From positions 17,298,001 through 17,362,000 of the forward strand of contig JBHGNT010000015.1 in assembly GCA_043228905.1 (NCBI GenBank): a stretch of DNA of 64,000 nucleotides. The letters run 5' to 3'. The translations under genes were made by a program, and so were the position numbers. This stretch comes from Azolla caroliniana (taxonomy: Eukaryota; Plantae; Polypodiophyta). The notes under the pieces were generated by a model. That model worked only from the letters and a program-made list of their open reading frames with translations. It was not told where the DNA came from and searched no databases. Of this stretch, positions 47,813 to 59,761 are shown one piece after another (positions within the stretch are counted from its first letter, which is position 1; the number at the start of each line of letters is the position of its first letter).

Positions 47813-48390
47813 TGATATCTGTGGGACAATAAGAGTAAAGTGTGAAAGGGGACGAGTAGGTCAAGTGTGAAAAGATCAAAGAAGTCGAGCACTAGCAGTC
47901 GAGGGGAAAAGTAACCGAAATGCAAGTAGCCGTAAACATAGGCCAAGGATCATGAGAAAGTAGTTGGAACACGCCGATGAAGGAGAGAATTATATAAATC
48001 GTGAAGGGGCACACACAACATAGGGGATACAGAAGATACATCTGATTCAAGCTAGAGTGACTGAGCTTAGAAATCTAAATCGGTATTGAGAGAGCGATTG
48101 ATACCGATTATACTCAGTTTGTACTACCATTGTATTATCTATTTAGTAATCAATTACATATACTTTTTGGGTCCATCTTTGTGCCTGTCTCATTTTCAAT
48201 TCCATTTTCAATTGTGCTATTTGTTCTATAAGTCGTGAGTATGAATCGGTTTTGGCCGATTCTCGAAGAGTCCAAACCAGAAGGGTCTAACGTTTCAGCC
48301 CTACCTTAGACTCTTACGCAACCACAATTCCTTGACCTGATTACTCAAGAGGAGTAATCGAAGGTGTTCCCCCCCAATAAAGGAGCAACA
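47813..48390 (+). repeat. Solo-type LTR related to 47059-47624, opposite orientation
   Basis: Ends ATTCCTTGACCTGATTACTCAAGAGGAGTAATCGAAGGTGTT...GGAGCAACA, the reverse-complement homologue of 47059-47120. No TSD recognised. Confidence 0.78.
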
Positions 48391-48529
48391 ATATTATTAA
48401 CCATCAACAATTTGCTTGCTTTCCTCAATTTACAATAGATTCACCATTCTTGACCTCAAAGATAAATATTAAGTTCTACCTAGAAAGACAAAAAATTGAT
48501 ACAAATCACTTTTTACATTGGAAACATGT

Positions 48530-48611
48530 ACTGACGATAGGATTCAAACCCACATAAGGAATGCCCAACAAAGTTCAAGTCTATTGCCTTACCCCCTTGA
48601 CAAAGCCAAAC
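48530..48611 (-). pseudogene. tRNA-Ser(UGA)-like pseudogene, second copy
   Basis: Minus strand GGGTAAGGCAATAGACTTGAACTTTGTTGGGCATTCC...GTGGGTTTGAATCCTA. Confidence 0.6.
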
Positions 48612-48869
48612 ATATAAATAGCTTTCAAACTCAAGAAACCTAGACAAGATCTATAATCCCCTCTTTCTATTCGACATAAGATTCATAAATGTTGTGAATG
48701 AGTGAATCTAGGGCTTGGACAACCCTAAATTCATTTCGAGAATCTTAGACGATTAGGGTCATCCACTTTATTCTATTTACATATAAAAAGAAAACGAAAA
48801 AGAAAAAGAAACTCAAAAAAAAAAAAAAGTTTTTGGGGAGAAATTCAAAACATTTCTTTTCCTTTCTCT

Positions 48870-49175
48870 ATCATGATATAGCATGGTATGGCTTTAAAAG
48901 GATTTGAACCCATAACCTTATGTCACATGGGTTGAAGTCTTACCATTAAGCTATACTTGTAATACAAAAATTATTTTTTCCATTTAATATTTCACTTAGG
49001 AAATCCATGTAAATTCTAGATTTCTCTGGAACATTCTAGAAATGTTAAGAGTATTCCTAAGCCACTATAAAAAGAGGCACATGGCATTATTGAGAGCCAA
49101 ATCGGTTCAATGCCAGTCATCAGCCTCCTAGCTATTCTTATATATTCTCTTCATATAATATATATCTTTTGTTAT
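48870..49175 (+). repeat. LTR fragment of the chromovirus family at 59762-60179, cut by element H
   Basis: Reverse-complement similarity to 59900-60179 (CACTATAAAAAGAGGCACA, CCAAATCGGTTCAA.GCCAGTC, GCCTCCTAGCTA). Confidence 0.8.
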
Positions 49176-49775
49176 TGTTTCAGACATGACCATATAATAT
49201 TCCGTGGTGAGAATTTACTGTAGTATTCTATACATGTGGATAAGTGTGAGGGTTAAACGAGAGTGTAAAGAAGGGGAGGGATTTAGAAAACCCATTAGGC
49301 CAAGTGTGAACTTGCCTGCGGGGCCTTCAGTATTGCTATAAATATGAGGCCTAGCTACCCTCATTTCATCATAACTTGACTACGTCGAGACTCTGTTTCA
49401 TGGTGGTTCCACTCTTGTAGCGAGCGCGCCAGCACCAGCACCCTTCTTTCTCTCTCTCATTTCTATCTATCTATCTTTTATCCTTATCATCTGCTTGCTT
49501 TAGATCATAACTCTAACTATTGGTATCAGAGCTTATGGTTCTAATGTTTCTTTTGTTGGTTTTGTCTTCTTGATGGATGGTGGGCGATCAACATGCAGTC
49601 GACCTTGTTCCAAACATCAATAAACAAAGGAACTTCAGTAATCTTTCTTGTTTTTTTTCTATTTCTTCTTCTCCCATCTAATCATGTATATGGTCAATAT
49701 GAAAAAAAAAATCGTTGATTCAATGATGTTGTAGTGGTAATTAATTGGTTGTATAAAATATTTACATATGTCTAT

Positions 49776-50019
49776 GAGGTCAATACCTCATTTGACATAT
49801 ATTTAATATGTGATTAGTGTCGTATGCATATGAGGTTAATACCTCAATTGCATATTACGTTCACATACATATGTTATGTATGCGTATGAGGTCAATACCT
49901 CGATTTTTTGTAAATGATATGTGTTTGGTGTGGTATGTGTAAGAGGTCAATACCTCAATTGCGTATTACGATTAACCCTTATTATTGGATGTTTCGTGTG
50001 CATAGAGGGTATATGCCTC
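49776..50019. repeat. Five regularly spaced palindromes GAGGTYAATACCTC in the leader of H
   Basis: Starts at 49776, 49832, 49888, 49943 and a variant at 50005. Confidence 0.85.
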
Positions 50020-51064
50020 GATTACATGTCTCAATTTCATCATATGTTGGCTATTTGATGTTATGATTTTTTTAATATACGCATATGTGGTAATGTGTAT
50101 ACGTATTTGATCGTATATATGTGATAAATAAACATATGTATATTTGATATTACGTGATCTTTATATTGACTGTTGTCCTTTTTGGGGAAAGGATCTTAGT
50201 GGCCGTCCTAACGTTTTTGTGAGAATGGCGTAGTCACCATCCTTTTTTCAACAATTTTTTTGTTGACATCCCCGTTGGTCATTTCGATTTCGTTACGTAG
50301 CACAATGATGGTGAGAACGTAGGGCTTGACCCACTTCATGTGAGGTCGCTCCTAGGACACACATATCCAACATCCCTCCCTCATTACATGGATATGATGC
50401 CACCATGAGATCATTCTTACGAAAGGCATTCGTAATGACGTAACCATGTGATGGGCCTCGTGGGCCTACTACGAAAAGAGGGCTCATTTGGCTTGACCAT
50501 TAGGTTGCACTTTGGCGTATGCCATCGTAATTATGAGACTTGAGGTTAGGTAACGTACCAACATAGTTTGGGGTAAACGAGAGGGAAATAAGGACTCTTG
50601 GCATATATGTTTCTTTTAAAAAAACATATATGAGCAAATGCCTCGCATATCTCTTATACGCATAAAACATTCAACATTCAACACGAGCAACCTATTTGGT
50701 TAGCTCAAGTGTTTAATGCATTCGTTCTCGAGGTCTCGAGTTCAAATATGACCAAGACCATACAACATTGTTGATACATATCACTATAATACATATTTAG
50801 ACTTTAGGTCTAAGTGCACTTCGGGGTACTTGTAATAGGACTTAAAGAGCCGAAACCACATACGTGAGCACAGAAACATAGTTTATTGTTAACATTTTTT
50901 TCGTGCATAAACTATTCATGACGCGAACATACATGGTTGAGCCTCGGGGAGCCGCCATGAAAAAAATAGATATAGAGATCAGGGAAAGACATTCATTTGT
51001 CACCCCCATGGTTTTTAAAACACCTTTGTGTTACCATAGTAATCTTGAACCTCATCTCATATGT

Positions 51065-51773
51065 TGTCGTGCCTTTTGGCTCCAGATCGTTGCATGAATC
51101 GGGTGGGAGCCACTGAGGTTTTTGGACTAGGAGAAAAGAAAATTCTAAGGCAATTTAGAATATGAAATATATTGTAAGACAGAAAGATATAAGATATGAA
51201 AAACTCGTGAATCCCACGATTATATTATATTAATCAACCCTTGTAAAATAAGCAACAACCCCCATACATCTTTCTCTCCTCATATAAGGATGGAACAAGC
51301 TAATCATAGCTTCATGCTTTTTCTAAAGTGTTTATGCACACTAAATGTGCATGAGTTTCCTTTTTACACTATGCTTTTATTTCCTAAATATAATGTTCAT
51401 GCTCGCTAGATGTGCACGAGTCATTTTTTATTGGTGTACATTTTTCTTATAAATAAAGTATTCACGCATTCTAATGCATGACTTACCTTTTAATAAAGGT
51501 GGGCGTAAATAAAGGTCTTATACGTATTAAATCTATATTTAGAACACTTAGGATAAGTTAGTACAATGGTAAGGTTGGGGTTGAGGTACAGGGTTCGAAT
51601 CTTGCCCTATGCACGTAATAAATATTTTTAATATTTTATTTTATTTATTATACGTACTTTAAATCGGATATAGTATTTTACATATTTCACGTAGTGTGTG
51701 ATTCACACTACGACAACGTCTACAGGGGTATTGATGTGAGATCATGATATCAATTACCGTGAAGATCATGACA
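51065..51773 (-). repeat. LTR-like sequence (TGTC...TGACA)
   Basis: First 240 bp or so match 54537-54780; terminal inverted repeats; cuts the G3 pol at VPWNLK. Confidence 0.65.
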
Positions 51774-54536
51774 CTTCAGGTTCCACGGCACATGGTCAAT
51801 CGTGAAGATCACCATCAGCTCCACTATCTTCGGATCAACGCACCCTATCTCCCTTGATGTGAATGCAAGTGCTTTTCCATGTGGTTCCAACATCCCACGG
51901 AATCGTTCTTTTTCATTTTGTAAAAGGAAACCACCTCCACCAATCTGAAGTTTCTTCCGGGTCTCATCCGTGGAGGCATGTCCGATATCCACGGACTTCC
52001 AAAGTGTCAAATATTCCGAGACTTCTTTCCTCTTTTGTTCGCTATTGGCGGGTAGTAGTCCCGCGGCCGGTTTCACCTTCTTCTCCACGGTCTTGTATTT
52101 CATACTTACCATTGCTTCTTCTTTGCGGAGTGCATCCGACCCCATTTTCGCAATGATCTCGTACATCTCGACCGATTCCATCGGAATTACCCGGTTTCCC
52201 TGGCTTGTATCTTCCGCGAGCTCTTCAAGCCGTTGTAGTGTGCTCCCATAGAACACTTCTTCGATTATTCCCACGATTTCTTCGTCTTCTTTTATTATTG
52301 ATGCCAACCGCAACTTATCCTCTACTTTTCGGTATTCTTTCGTCTTTCCTCCGATTACGGCCGTGTACGTAGATGCCCCATCCGGATCGATTCGTACTTG
52401 TTTTGCCCCGAGAGTTTTCTTCCTGTGTGGGGTATCAGGGCTTCTCGGACTATCACTTCCCCACTCCGCAACCGTCCGCTCTAAAAATCCATCCTTGTTT
52501 GGGACAAGAGCTCTCTCTTGTTCCTTTCATGATTTGCCGGCACCGTTAGGAATTGGACGGATTTCCCTCCGCTTTGGCTCCGAATTCGTGCGAAAGCCGC
52601 ACCACTATCAAGCACCTTCGTCTCCATTCGTGATGCCGTGATAAATGGTTGCCCGAGGATCACGGAGTGTGAGACCTCTTCTTGTACGAAGAAATTTTGG
52701 TTGATCTCGACATCCCCGATCTTCACCGTCACATCCGGACAAGCCGCAAATAGATCTTCCGTTGCTTTAGTGGCTTCATGGATCTTTCATCCATGGTTAG
52801 TTTTTATAGGCCACTTCCCCTTCCGGTAGAACTCCTTGGACATCAAATTGATCTCCAATCCGTGATCAATCGATGCTAGCACGGGCTCTTTGATGTTGCC
52901 GATTCGGACCGGAGTCTCCGTAGTTGCACGTGCTCAGTGTGGCCTTGTGTAGTGGGAGTTCGGTATTTCGTCCTCCACTTCGGTGTCATTCATTAAGACA
53001 TTATTTGCATTCACCCTTGGAGCATTTTCCTCCGTACTTTGTCTTTTTCTCTTCACGAGATCCACAAGAAGATCGTGGAACTCCTTCTTAGCTATTCTGA
53101 GTAGTTCCCGAAGCGAAAATTCTACCCGACTATCGAGGATTCTCTCCTCGAACACCTTTTTCAAGTCCGTTTGTTGTTCTATGTCCGAGGCGAGCTTGAA
53201 TGCCGGAATTGTCTTTTCTTTTCCCTTCCCTCCGGAGCTCCAGCTTTCCGGTGTCTTTGATGGTCCGGTTGCATCATCCGTGCATTGTCATTTTTCATCC
53301 ACAATCACTTCATGCAATTAACATAGCGCATGTACGCTATTCTTATCTACGGGGCACTCCCATCCCATAGCTTCCCGGATACATTCCGCAGCGCTTCGGA
53401 TTTCATCATGTTCGGCTTTCTTCAAAATTTCTAGCACTTCTAGCCAAAAAGACGTCTTTGTTGTAGATGACTCCCCGACACGTATTCCCGCGGTTGTTGC
53501 ATAATCACTTTTTGCCGCTATTTCCTCTTCGAGGACCTTCTTCATGCCACCTTTCCAGAAGTTCGGTCGGAGTGGCTTCCGAGAGTCCATCGAATGGATC
53601 TGATTTCCCTCGTAATAGATAAGATCACGTCGTGATGCCTCCTTGTGCGCGTTGCAATCCCTCTGATCATGTTCGATGCTATTGCACCATATGCACCGAC
53701 GGTCCATATAATTGGAGCTTGTGGGACGGTCATCCGACTTCTTTACCATCGCGATTTTTAGATTCTCCATTTCTTTCAGCAACTGCTCTACCGTGGTTGC
53801 GTCGATTCCCTTCTCGGTCGTAGTCTCCCAAGCCCGCGATTGATAGTCTTCCGATCCGGATCTCGGTTTCAGAATCGGTTCCGAAACCCTCTTTTCTTCG
53901 TTGGCAAGGCATTGCCCCCTCTTTGTGTATCGCACGACGATATCCTGCACGCTTTCCCATGTTTCGGTGAGGCCACTCTCAGTAGTCGTGTCCTCTAGAA
54001 GCACTCCAAGATCCTTCCGGTCTCGGACGTCTACAGTTCGTAAGAACATGATAACTTTGTTCGGTGAGAGGATAGCTTGATCTCTCGCAGACAACCTCCT
54101 GAACCGACTCTCGAATGCCGAAAACAAATCGAGGACCTTCATCCCCTTGTCTGACGTTTCCCCCCAATCCTCAAATCCTCTCCGCGTTGCCTTGGAGGAG
54201 TCCTCGATAGCGAACGTGGTCTTCAGTGCCTCTTCAAACGCTTCCCACGTCGGATTTTGTTGTCGTAGCCCGTGGATAGTTGCTTGAAGCCCATCGGTAG
54301 CCACCCGGTTGAAGGATGTCACTTACAGTCCTTCCGAAATCCCGCACCGTATCATTTCCGCCTTGTAGTCCTGAAGATAGCGTGATACGTCATTTCCGTT
54401 GAATTGCCCGATCCGTTGCACGAGCCGCTCTACTACCGCCGCTATCTCCGACATCGCACGTTGTTCTTGAAGCATCCACTCGAACATCATCATCATGTTG
54501 TTAGCCTCCGGTTGATTTCCATCTCCTTGCCACCTG
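51774..54536 (-). pseudogene. G3: diverged gag-PR and 5' pol fragment of the G1/G2 lineage
   Basis: IGQFNGNDVSRYL, RCIWCNSIEH, ERILDSRVEFSLRELL, IDHG.EIN, KYKTVEKKVKP, FTIDHVPWNLK; multiple stops. Confidence 0.9.
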
Positions 54537-54888
54537 TGTCATGCCTTTCGGCTCCGGATCGTTGCATGAATCGGGTGGGAACCACTGAGGTTTTTGGACT
54601 AGGAGAAAAGAAAATTCTAAGGCAATTAAGAATATGAAATATATTGTAATAAAGAAAGATATAAGATATGAAAAACTCGTGAATCCCACGATTATATTAT
54701 ATTAATCAACCCTTGTAAAATAAGCAACAACCCCCATACATCTTTCTCTCCTCCTTATATAAGGATGGAACAGGCTAAGCATTTCTCACAAATACAAAAT
54801 TTCCTTAGTTCAACTGCTCATCAGAAGTCCGAACTTCGGCAATCTCAAAGTGCTCTCAAGGCACGTGTCATTAGTTTACAACGTGACA
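54537..54888 (-). repeat. LTR-like sequence sharing one end with 51065-51773
   Basis: TGTCATGCC...CGTGACA; TATA-like CCTTATATAAGG near 54753. The right boundary is tentative. Confidence 0.6.
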
Positions 54889-55485
54889 CTAATAGACCCG
54901 ATGAGCATTAGGGGGAACCATCATTTGTCATAAAGCCATTTACGGGAGAAAAAAAGGAAAGAACCGAAACAGCAATCTGCACGTGGTTGGGCCGATGGGA
55001 GTCTCATTTTGAGTTCTATCCCACACCAAATAGGACAAAGATTGCATATGTCGACCGAGATCTAGGGGGTAAGGCCGCCACCTGGTGGCGTGGGCTCCGA
55101 ACTTTGGGGAAATTGCCCGATACCTGGACAGAATTTGTCACAGTTTTTAAGGGCCAATTTTTGCAACCTCCCTCTCGGACCAAGGCAACACAAGCTTTAA
55201 TGAACCTCTCTAGCAGGAAGTTTTCCTCGCTAGAAGACTATGTTCACCATACTAGAACCCAAATCAAAAAATCGGGTCTAGAAGGGGACAATTGGTTAAT
55301 AGCTTCTTTTGTCAATGGCATCCCCAATTCGGACTATCACTGGATAGTGCATGATAAGGATACAAAATCCTTCGAAGAGGCCGTTGAAATAGTTCTTCGC
55401 TATCAACACACTTCGAAGAAGTACCATAACAAACCCAATGAAACGCTCGGGATTAAGCAGTCGCAATTCACTGGGAAACACAAGA

Positions 55486-57043
55486 GACCCAACAAATTCA
55501 TGGATCACGATTGTAAGTGACAACATCTTTATTGTGTATTCTACAAAAAGAAGGGTCATACAAAAGAGTAATGTCGAAAGCTCCAACGAAAAGAGCACGA
55601 CAGCAAAGCAAAAGCTGCAAACCATAAAGGTCAGATTCCTAATGTCCTTGAGGTCTATACACATCATTTAAGTAATTGTAAATGTTCTTTCCCTCACTAT
55701 GTATTGGGACCCAATGATTTACTACGTGCAAACGGGTATATCACGGACCCAACAAATTCATGGATCACGATTGTAAGTGACAACATCTTTATTGTGTATT
55801 CTGCAAAAAGAAGGGTCATACAAAAGAGTAATGTCGAAAGCTCCAACGAAAAGAGCACGACAGCAAAGCAAAAGCTGCAAACCATAAACGTCAGATTCCT
55901 AATGTCCTTGAGGTCTATACACATCATTTAAGTAATTGTAAATGTTCTTTCCCTCACTATGTATTGGGACCCAATGATTTACTACGTGCAAACGGGTATA
56001 TCACGGACCCAACAAATTCATGGATCACGATTGTAAGTGACAACATCTTTATTGTGTATTCTGCAAAAAGAAGGGTCATACAAAAGAGTAATGTCGAAAG
56101 CTCCAACGAAAAGAGCACGACAGCAAAGCAAAAGCTGCAAACCATAAAGGTCAGATTCCTAATGTCCTTGAGGTCTATACACATCATTTAAGTAATTGTA
56201 AATGTTCTTTCCCTCACTATGTATTGGGACCCAATGATTTACTACGTGCAAACAGGTATATCACGGACCCAACAAATTCATGGATCACGATTGTAAGTGA
56301 CAACATCTTTATTGTGTATTCTGCAAAAAGAAGGGTCATACAAAAGAGTAATGTCGAAAGCTCCAACGAAAAGAGCACGACAGCAAAGCAAAAGCTGCAA
56401 ACCATAAACGTCAGATTCCTAATGTCCTTGAGGTCTATACACATCATTTAAGTAATTGTAAATGTTCTTTCCCTCACTATGTATTGGGACCCAATGATTT
56501 ACTACGTGCAAACGGGTATATCACGGACCCAACAAATTCATGGATCACGATTGTAAGTGACAACATCTTTATTGTGTATTCTGCAAAAAGAAGGGTCATA
56601 CAAAAGAGTAATGTCGAAAGCTCCAACGAAAAGAGCACGACAGCAAAGCAAAAGTTGCAAACCATAAACGTCAGATTCCTAATGTCCTTGAGGTCTATAC
56701 ACATCATTTAAGTAATTGTAAATGTTCTTTCCCTCACTATGTATTGGGACCCAATGATTTACTACGTGCAAACGGGTATATCACGGACCCAACAAATTCA
56801 TGGATCACGATTGTAAGTGACAACATCTTTATTGTGTATTCTGCAAAAAGAAGGGTCATACAAAAGAGTAATGTCGAAAGCTCCAACGAAAAGAGCACGA
56901 CAGCAAAGCAAAAGCTGCAAACCATAAACGTCAGATTCCTAATGTCCTTGAGGTCTATACACATCATTTAAGTAATTGTAAATGTTCTTTCCCTCACTAT
57001 GTATTGGGACCCAATGATTTACTACGTGCAAACGGGTATATCA
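55486..57043. repeat. 260-bp tandem array, 6 near-identical copies, from the gag knuckle/PR junction of H
   Basis: GACCCAACAAATTCATGG at 55486, 55746, 56006, 56266, 56526 and 56786; the ORF track repeats every 260 bp. Confidence 0.97.
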
Positions 57044-58693
57044 ATGGATCTCCCATACCAATGTTCCAGCCACATTTCAACAAGAAATGAATGACATTTT
57101 CCGAGAACAACTTGGAAAATTTGTCATTATTTTCTTGGATGATATTCTAGTTTATAGTCGTACATTACAAGAACATGCTAAACATGTCCGCTTTGTTTTA
57201 CAAACATTGCGCGACAAGCAATTCTACGCGAAGATCTCAAAATGTGAGTTCTTCAAGAAATCAATTACTTATCTTGGACATCTCATAACCGAACGAGGAG
57301 TTGAAATTGATCCTTCTCGCATGGAGAAAATCAAACTTTGGCCCACTCTTCAGAATATTCGAGAAGTTCGATCATTCCTTGTTTTTGTTAGGTTTTTGCG
57401 GAAATCCCTTCGTAATTACTCCTAGTTGACGACGTCATTTACTGATCTTCTAAAAGGTCAAACGCGTAAGTCTACAAAACCTATTGTGTGGAATGTTACA
57501 CTAGACCTCACCTTTAAGGAACTCAAGGACCTGGTGTGCAAGGCTCCTTCACTTCTTTTACCTGATCCTTCAAAACCTTTTGAAGTTGAAACCGATGCAA
57601 GCGATTATGCTATAAGTGTTTTCTTATAGCAAGATGGTAAACCAATAGCATTCGAGAGTAAGAAACTTGATTCTGCTCAATCTCGGTATACGGTTCAAGA
57701 AAATGAATTATTTGCAGTTATACATGGCGCCATTATCTTTATAGAAATCGTTTTGTGGTAACTACAGGCCGCGAGTCCTTGAAATATTTTTGTGACCAAC
57801 AAGACCTAAAAGGTCGTAAGGCACGATGGGTTGATCTCATCTAGGACTTTGATTTTTCCATACGATATCGTAGAGGTTCAATGAACACTGTCGTTGATGC
57901 ACTAAGTTGCATCCGTGAAGTTCACATGCTTAGCTTCACTGAAATAACATCATCGCTTTATGATCACCTTCGAGGAAAGTATCTTGATGACGGTTATTTT
58001 GCGAAATACTGGGCAATAGTTGAGTCTGGAATTGACACCACCACATCTTTAAAGGAATCCTTCCGCATTGCTAACGGTCTACTTTACTATAATGGGAAGG
58101 TTTGTGTTCCAGATTTTCCTGAGATCAAAAGGAGAATTCTTTTTTAATGCCATGATGCACCCTCTATGGGGCACCCTGGAACACATCGCACACTCATTCT
58201 CATCTCCACTCAATTCTATTGGCCTCAGATGCACCCTGACATACATAGCTATGTGACTAATTGTCACCAATGTCAAGTTAACAAAGTTGAGCGACTTAAA
58301 GCTAAGGGACTTTTACATCCCTTGGACAATCCCAATAATAAGTGGGAAAGTATATCCATGAATTTTATTGTTAGCCATCCTCGCACCCAAAAAGGCCATG
58401 ATGCCATCTGGGTTGTGGGTTGGGTTTTAAAGAGGGGGGGAGTATGTTACGAGCATGACCATATAATATCCCATGGTGAGAATTTACCATAGTATTCTAT
58501 ACACGCGTATAAGTGTGAGGGTTAAACGAGAGTGTAAAGAAGGGGAGGATTACTTTTAATCCTCGGGATTGAGACAACCCATTAGGCTAAGTGTGAACTT
58601 GCCTGCGGGACTTGGGTATTGCTATAAATATGAGGCCTAGCTACCCTCATTTCATCATATCTTGACTACGTCGAGACTCTGTTTCCTGGTGGG

Positions 58694-59761
58694 TGTTGCC
58701 GTTTAGGAACACCGTCCGTGGTCAATCCTTCGACCTAGACCTCAAGGTGGGTGTGGAACAACAAACAGGGGTTTAAGCGTAATGCGTAAGGGGAGACCCC
58801 TGTAACCTTTCCGCGTATAAGGGAAGACGGCTACACTTACGTACTACCACGCTTAAGTATCCAAGACACCAACACTGAATTAGCCGCAGTTATACACAGA
58901 AAATCAGAGAAGATAGAATTAGGCGTTCTTTACATTCCCAAAATTACACACACCCCCATAAGAGGTTTTTTGCCCTTTATATATGCAAGGTCTAATTAGC
59001 CGTTCACGCTTCCTGCGTGAACCGTTACATGCGTTATGCTCTTATATAGTTTCTTATTCCTACGCTTTTGTCCGCCGGTTACTATTCCAACGGACAACAC
59101 TTGACACGCCTATGGGACAGTGCCTTTGCACATCGGACCCATCCCGTTAATCTTCTTCCAAAATGGCCCGAATGTTCGGCTCTGTTGTGGTGTCCTCGTC
59201 TGGAGGTGATGTAGGGCCCGTAGGTGCATCGTGGTGCGGCTCCTCTACTTGGTCGGCCTGGTTTCTCCCGGAGTTGTCGCCATGTGCAGGTGGTCCGGGT
59301 ACGGTGGGTTCTTCTTGAGTTAGTGGGTTGGGCTCCACCGTTGGCGTGCTTGCAGTCGGCTGTAGCTCAGCCTCCATTGTTACGTCCTTCGCGCTGTTGG
59401 CCATTTTTGTATGTTCCTGGGAGTGGGGCGGAGATTCCGCCTAGTCCGCACTATTTTCCGCGTGGTTTGATGATGGTGTGGGCTCATGCAGCTGGACCTC
59501 TTGTTGGGTAATGGTTTCGTTGTCTAGTCCTGTGGGGAACTCCCCTCGTTGGTCCTCGCTATTCTCCCCCGTTGTCATCTCTGGTGATCGGGCCAGAGGT
59601 TCCTCTTCTTCGGTTGTGACCGGAATTGGTGTCGCTTTGGGTTCCTCGTTTGTGCGTGTGTTGCCGGCTTGTGTGATCTGGTGAAATAGCGTGTTGTCGG
59701 CTTGTCCAGCGCCGTTTTCAATTGCGCTGTGAACCTTTCCCGGTTTGTTTGGAGAAGGATG
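58694..59761 (-). mobile_element. 3' end of another B-family gypsy: 3' LTR 58694-59099 plus end of the extra ORF
   Basis: LTR homologous to 25570-26011; 59375-59760 homologous to 4380-4970 with an internal deletion near 59690; ORF stop at 59147. Confidence 0.88.

Larger units (their letters stand above)
49176..58693 (+). mobile_element. Degenerate Ty3/gypsy element H (chromovirus-like RT/INT) with long leader, nested insertions and deletions
   Basis: 5' LTR about 49176-49518 matches 3' LTR 58445-58693 (cut by a B-family LTR). PBS TGGTATCAGAGC 49521-49532 and PPT AAAGAGGGGGGGAG near 58429-58442. Gag 54900-55520; RT FLDDILVYS, RH VETDASD, INT GHPG..C..C fragments. Confidence 0.85.

Noticed and set aside
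47705-48611. Functional tRNA-Ser genes
   Set aside because: Acceptor, D and T arms are mismatched or missing, so they are reported as pseudogenes.
49776-50019. CRISPR array
   Set aside because: The repeat core is only 14 bp, the spacers are related to each other, there are no cas genes, and the context is a eukaryotic retrotransposon leader.
55438-56971. Tandem family of 75-77-aa genes on both strands
   Set aside because: These are off-frame and antisense translations of the 260-bp repeat; the meaningful frame is a gag knuckle with a stop.
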